25,245 bases of DNA from assembly GCA_051887795.1 (NCBI GenBank), contig JBJFAG010000010.1, positions 1 to 25,245 of the forward strand, written 5' to 3'. Below the pieces are notes generated by a model. The model made no database searches. It was given only the letters and a program-made list of their open reading frames with translations, and was not told the origin of the DNA. The position numbers were made by a program, and so were the translations under genes. Each line of letters opens with the position of its first letter. The stretch's first letter is position 1. Positions 23,385 through 25,245 of this stretch are shown here, piece after piece. Source of the stretch: Candidatus Coproplasma sp. (GTDB lineage: Bacteria > Bacillota > Clostridia > Christensenellales > Borkfalkiaceae).

Positions 23385-25245
23385 ATGGGAAAGGTTGATA
23401 AAGGAGAATTTAATAATTCGATAAGAGAAGATAACGTATTCTCCGAGTACAAGCCTTTCAGCGCTGAAAGGTACTATTCGCCTGAAAGTGCCAAATCTCC
23501 TGAGGAAACGGCTTCTTTTAACGAGTCGTTTAATAACGACGGCGGGACTGCCAATGGTAAGGAGCAGCAGTCTGCCGATGCAAACGAACTTCAGAAGCAG
23601 TACGATAAAATAAGGGAGTCGGAATCCTCGCAGACGGGTGAACCATCTTCAACCCCTTCTATGCCCTCGTCGGGGGCAGAGGGCGGCCAGGCTGCGTCAG
23701 GTACCGCCCAGACTGCGGCTACAGTTTCAGGCAGTGCCGCCACGGCGGGCGGTGCAACAGCGGGTGCAACAGTTGCGGCGGCGGTCGTCATCGTCTCATC
23801 CGTAATTTCGGGCGGTTTCATCTCCGATTTCACCAGCCATATAAACAGCTCTGCGGGCATGGATTACGTCGCCATCACCGTGGATATGGACGAGCTTTTA
23901 TCTCAATCCGATAAGAGCTACGGCTTAACCTCCCAGAACTTTTCAATCGAGCTTGACGCGGGCAACTCCTCCCGTAAAATTCAACTTATAGACGGCATAC
24001 ACAGCTATCTATTAACGGGGTTACAGCCCGAAAAAACTTATACATACAACCTGATATGCAACAATCCCCCGCTTGGCAGTAATTCAAACTGCTATTCCAA
24101 GACGTTTACTACGCTCAGTACGGGTGCGCCCGTCGCCGTCTATGACGAGCTGAACAGCTTTGTCACCTATGACGAGGTAACTCAAACCGCTACGGTCGGT
24201 TACAGCGTATACGTCTCGGACTATGGCGGGGTTTTTGATAGTTACGCCTTCTATATTTGCAGCAGCGAGCAGACCGATTTATCTGACGTTAACCGCGTAA
24301 TATATGCCGACGAAACGCTTGGCGAGGACAATTATTTCACCGGCGAGGCGGTCGGTATAACCGATAACGAGCTGTACCTCTACGTCGTGGGCGAAAACAG
24401 CGTGGAGTCGGCAGAACTGTTCTCGCTTAAATTGACGCTGGACCTGCCAGAAGAGTGGCAGACGCCTAAATCCCCCGCCTTTGAAGTCGACGAGGGCGAG
24501 GAAGTTGTAACAACCCTGCCCGACAGCATTTCAGTTGGCGGTGCATTGACTGATTTTAATAAAGACTTCACCTACTTTGCATATATTACGCAGTATGCCG
24601 AAGATGGAACCACGCTGGTTGAAAGACAGGAAGCGGGGTTAATAACAGATCCTGAAAATATGACTTATAGTTTAAACGGTGAGGCATATTACGGGGTTAA
24701 GACCTTTAAATACGTAATCTATGCAGACGATTTGGTAGTATACGAGAGCGGAGAAAAGCAGTTTACTGCAAGCCAGGCGTTTGGGGCAACCTATAACAAG
24801 GTGCAGCCCGCAGACGCTTCTATAGAATATAGTGCAAGCGGAGTAACCATAACTGTTGACACTGGCTTTACCTCGGATTATAGCAATTACGAATATAAAT
24901 TAGTAGTAACCAACTCTTTAGGCGAAGTGTTTGGCCAATACCAAGGCACGGGCGAGGCGGTTATTGAAATTACAGACTATATAGGCCTTGACGAAATCAA
25001 CTTCACATACTACGACCTCGGCACGTTCGCAGACGGCGAGCAGACGCTCGGCGAACATACCACCACGCCTATTACGGGGCAGGCATACTTTGTAGTTGAC
25101 GAAACCGCAGAGGATATCACTGCCCAGCCCGATAGCATAAGCGTTAGCGGTAAGTTAACAGACCTTAACGAAAACTATACCTATACCGCCTACGTAACGC
25201 AGTATAACGAGGACGGCACGGCGTTAGTTGAAAGCGACGAAGCGG
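23385..25245 (+). CDS. Large acidic membrane-anchored surface protein with FN3-like domain and internal repeats (partial, 3' end outside window)
   Basis: Manual translation from ATG23385 (MGKVDKGEFNNSIREDNVF...) stays open for 620 codons to the window end. Hydrophobic VAAAVVIVSSVISGGFI (~23772-23822), LTGLQPEKTYTY FN3-like motif (24012-24047), repeat at 609-nt spacing. The start codon lacks a clear SD. Confidence 0.8.
   Translation, partial: MGKVDKGEFNNSIREDNVFSEYKPFSAERYYSPESAKSPEETASFNESFNNDGGTANGKEQQSADANELQKQYDKIRESESSQTGEPSSTPSMPSSGAEGGQAASGTAQTAATVSGSAATAGGATAGATVAAAVVIVSSVISGGFISDFTSHINSSAGMDYVAITVDMDELLSQSDKSYGLTSQNFSIELDAGNSSRKIQLIDGIHSYLLTGLQPEKTYTYNLICNNPPLGSNSNCYSKTFTTLSTGAPVAVYDELNSFVTYDEVTQTATVGYSVYVSDYGGVFDSYAFYICSSEQTDLSDVNRVIYADETLGEDNYFTGEAVGITDNELYLYVVGENSVESAELFSLKLTLDLPEEWQTPKSPAFEVDEGEEVVTTLPDSISVGGALTDFNKDFTYFAYITQYAEDGTTLVERQEAGLITDPENMTYSLNGEAYYGVKTFKYVIYADDLVVYESGEKQFTASQAFGATYNKVQPADASIEYSASGVTITVDTGFTSDYSNYEYKLVVTNSLGEVFGQYQGTGEAVIEITDYIGLDEINFTYYDLGTFADGEQTLGEHTTTPITGQAYFVVDETAEDITAQPDSISVSGKLTDLNENYTYTAYVTQYNEDGTALVESDEA

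Noticed and set aside
665-24571. Numerous short antisense or out-of-frame ORFs in the track (e.g. 684..986, 2585..2896, 6691..7095, 8508..8960, 12180..12635, 23591..23860, 24380..24571)
   Set aside because: They lie wholly within or opposite well-supported genes, lack SD sites and motifs, and are expected shadows of biased codon usage.
1-25245. CRISPR arrays, tRNA or rRNA genes, integrases, prophage genes
   Set aside because: None seen; the only repeats are coding repeats and terminator or operator palindromes.

Overview
25-kb chromosomal window, about 50% GC, with sigma-A-type promoters, a lipoprotein and SD sites typical of Bacillota (probably a Clostridia-class anaerobe; taxon is inference). 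Left to right: (1) the terminal hairpin of a probable IS200/IS605-family element running off the left edge; (2) an amidohydrolase, uraA-type permease and upp (uracil salvage); (3) a four-gene signalling operon: solute-binding lipoprotein with a 5'-nucleotidase C-like domain, a hybrid His kinase with two REC domains, a stand-alone Hpt, and a REC-GGDEF*-EAL-REC*-GGDEF c-di-GMP enzyme; (4) a tightly coupled eight-gene minus-strand lipid operon: acyl-AMP ligase-carrier didomain, MelB/GPH-type MFS with a membrane extension, two PlsC-type acyltransferases, a second acyl-AMP ligase, ACP, an LRAT/PLAAT-like acyltransferase fused to an Sfp-type PPTase, and a membrane-anchored alpha/beta hydrolase; (5) divergent cat-family acetyltransferase plus an orphan CAP12/Pycsar-type TIR protein with a helical C-terminus; (6) a large repeat-containing acidic membrane-anchored protein, absent from the ORF track because it runs off the right edge. 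The best candidates for an undescribed system are the lipid operon and the orphan TIR protein. All family calls come from motif recognition by eye; no searches were run.
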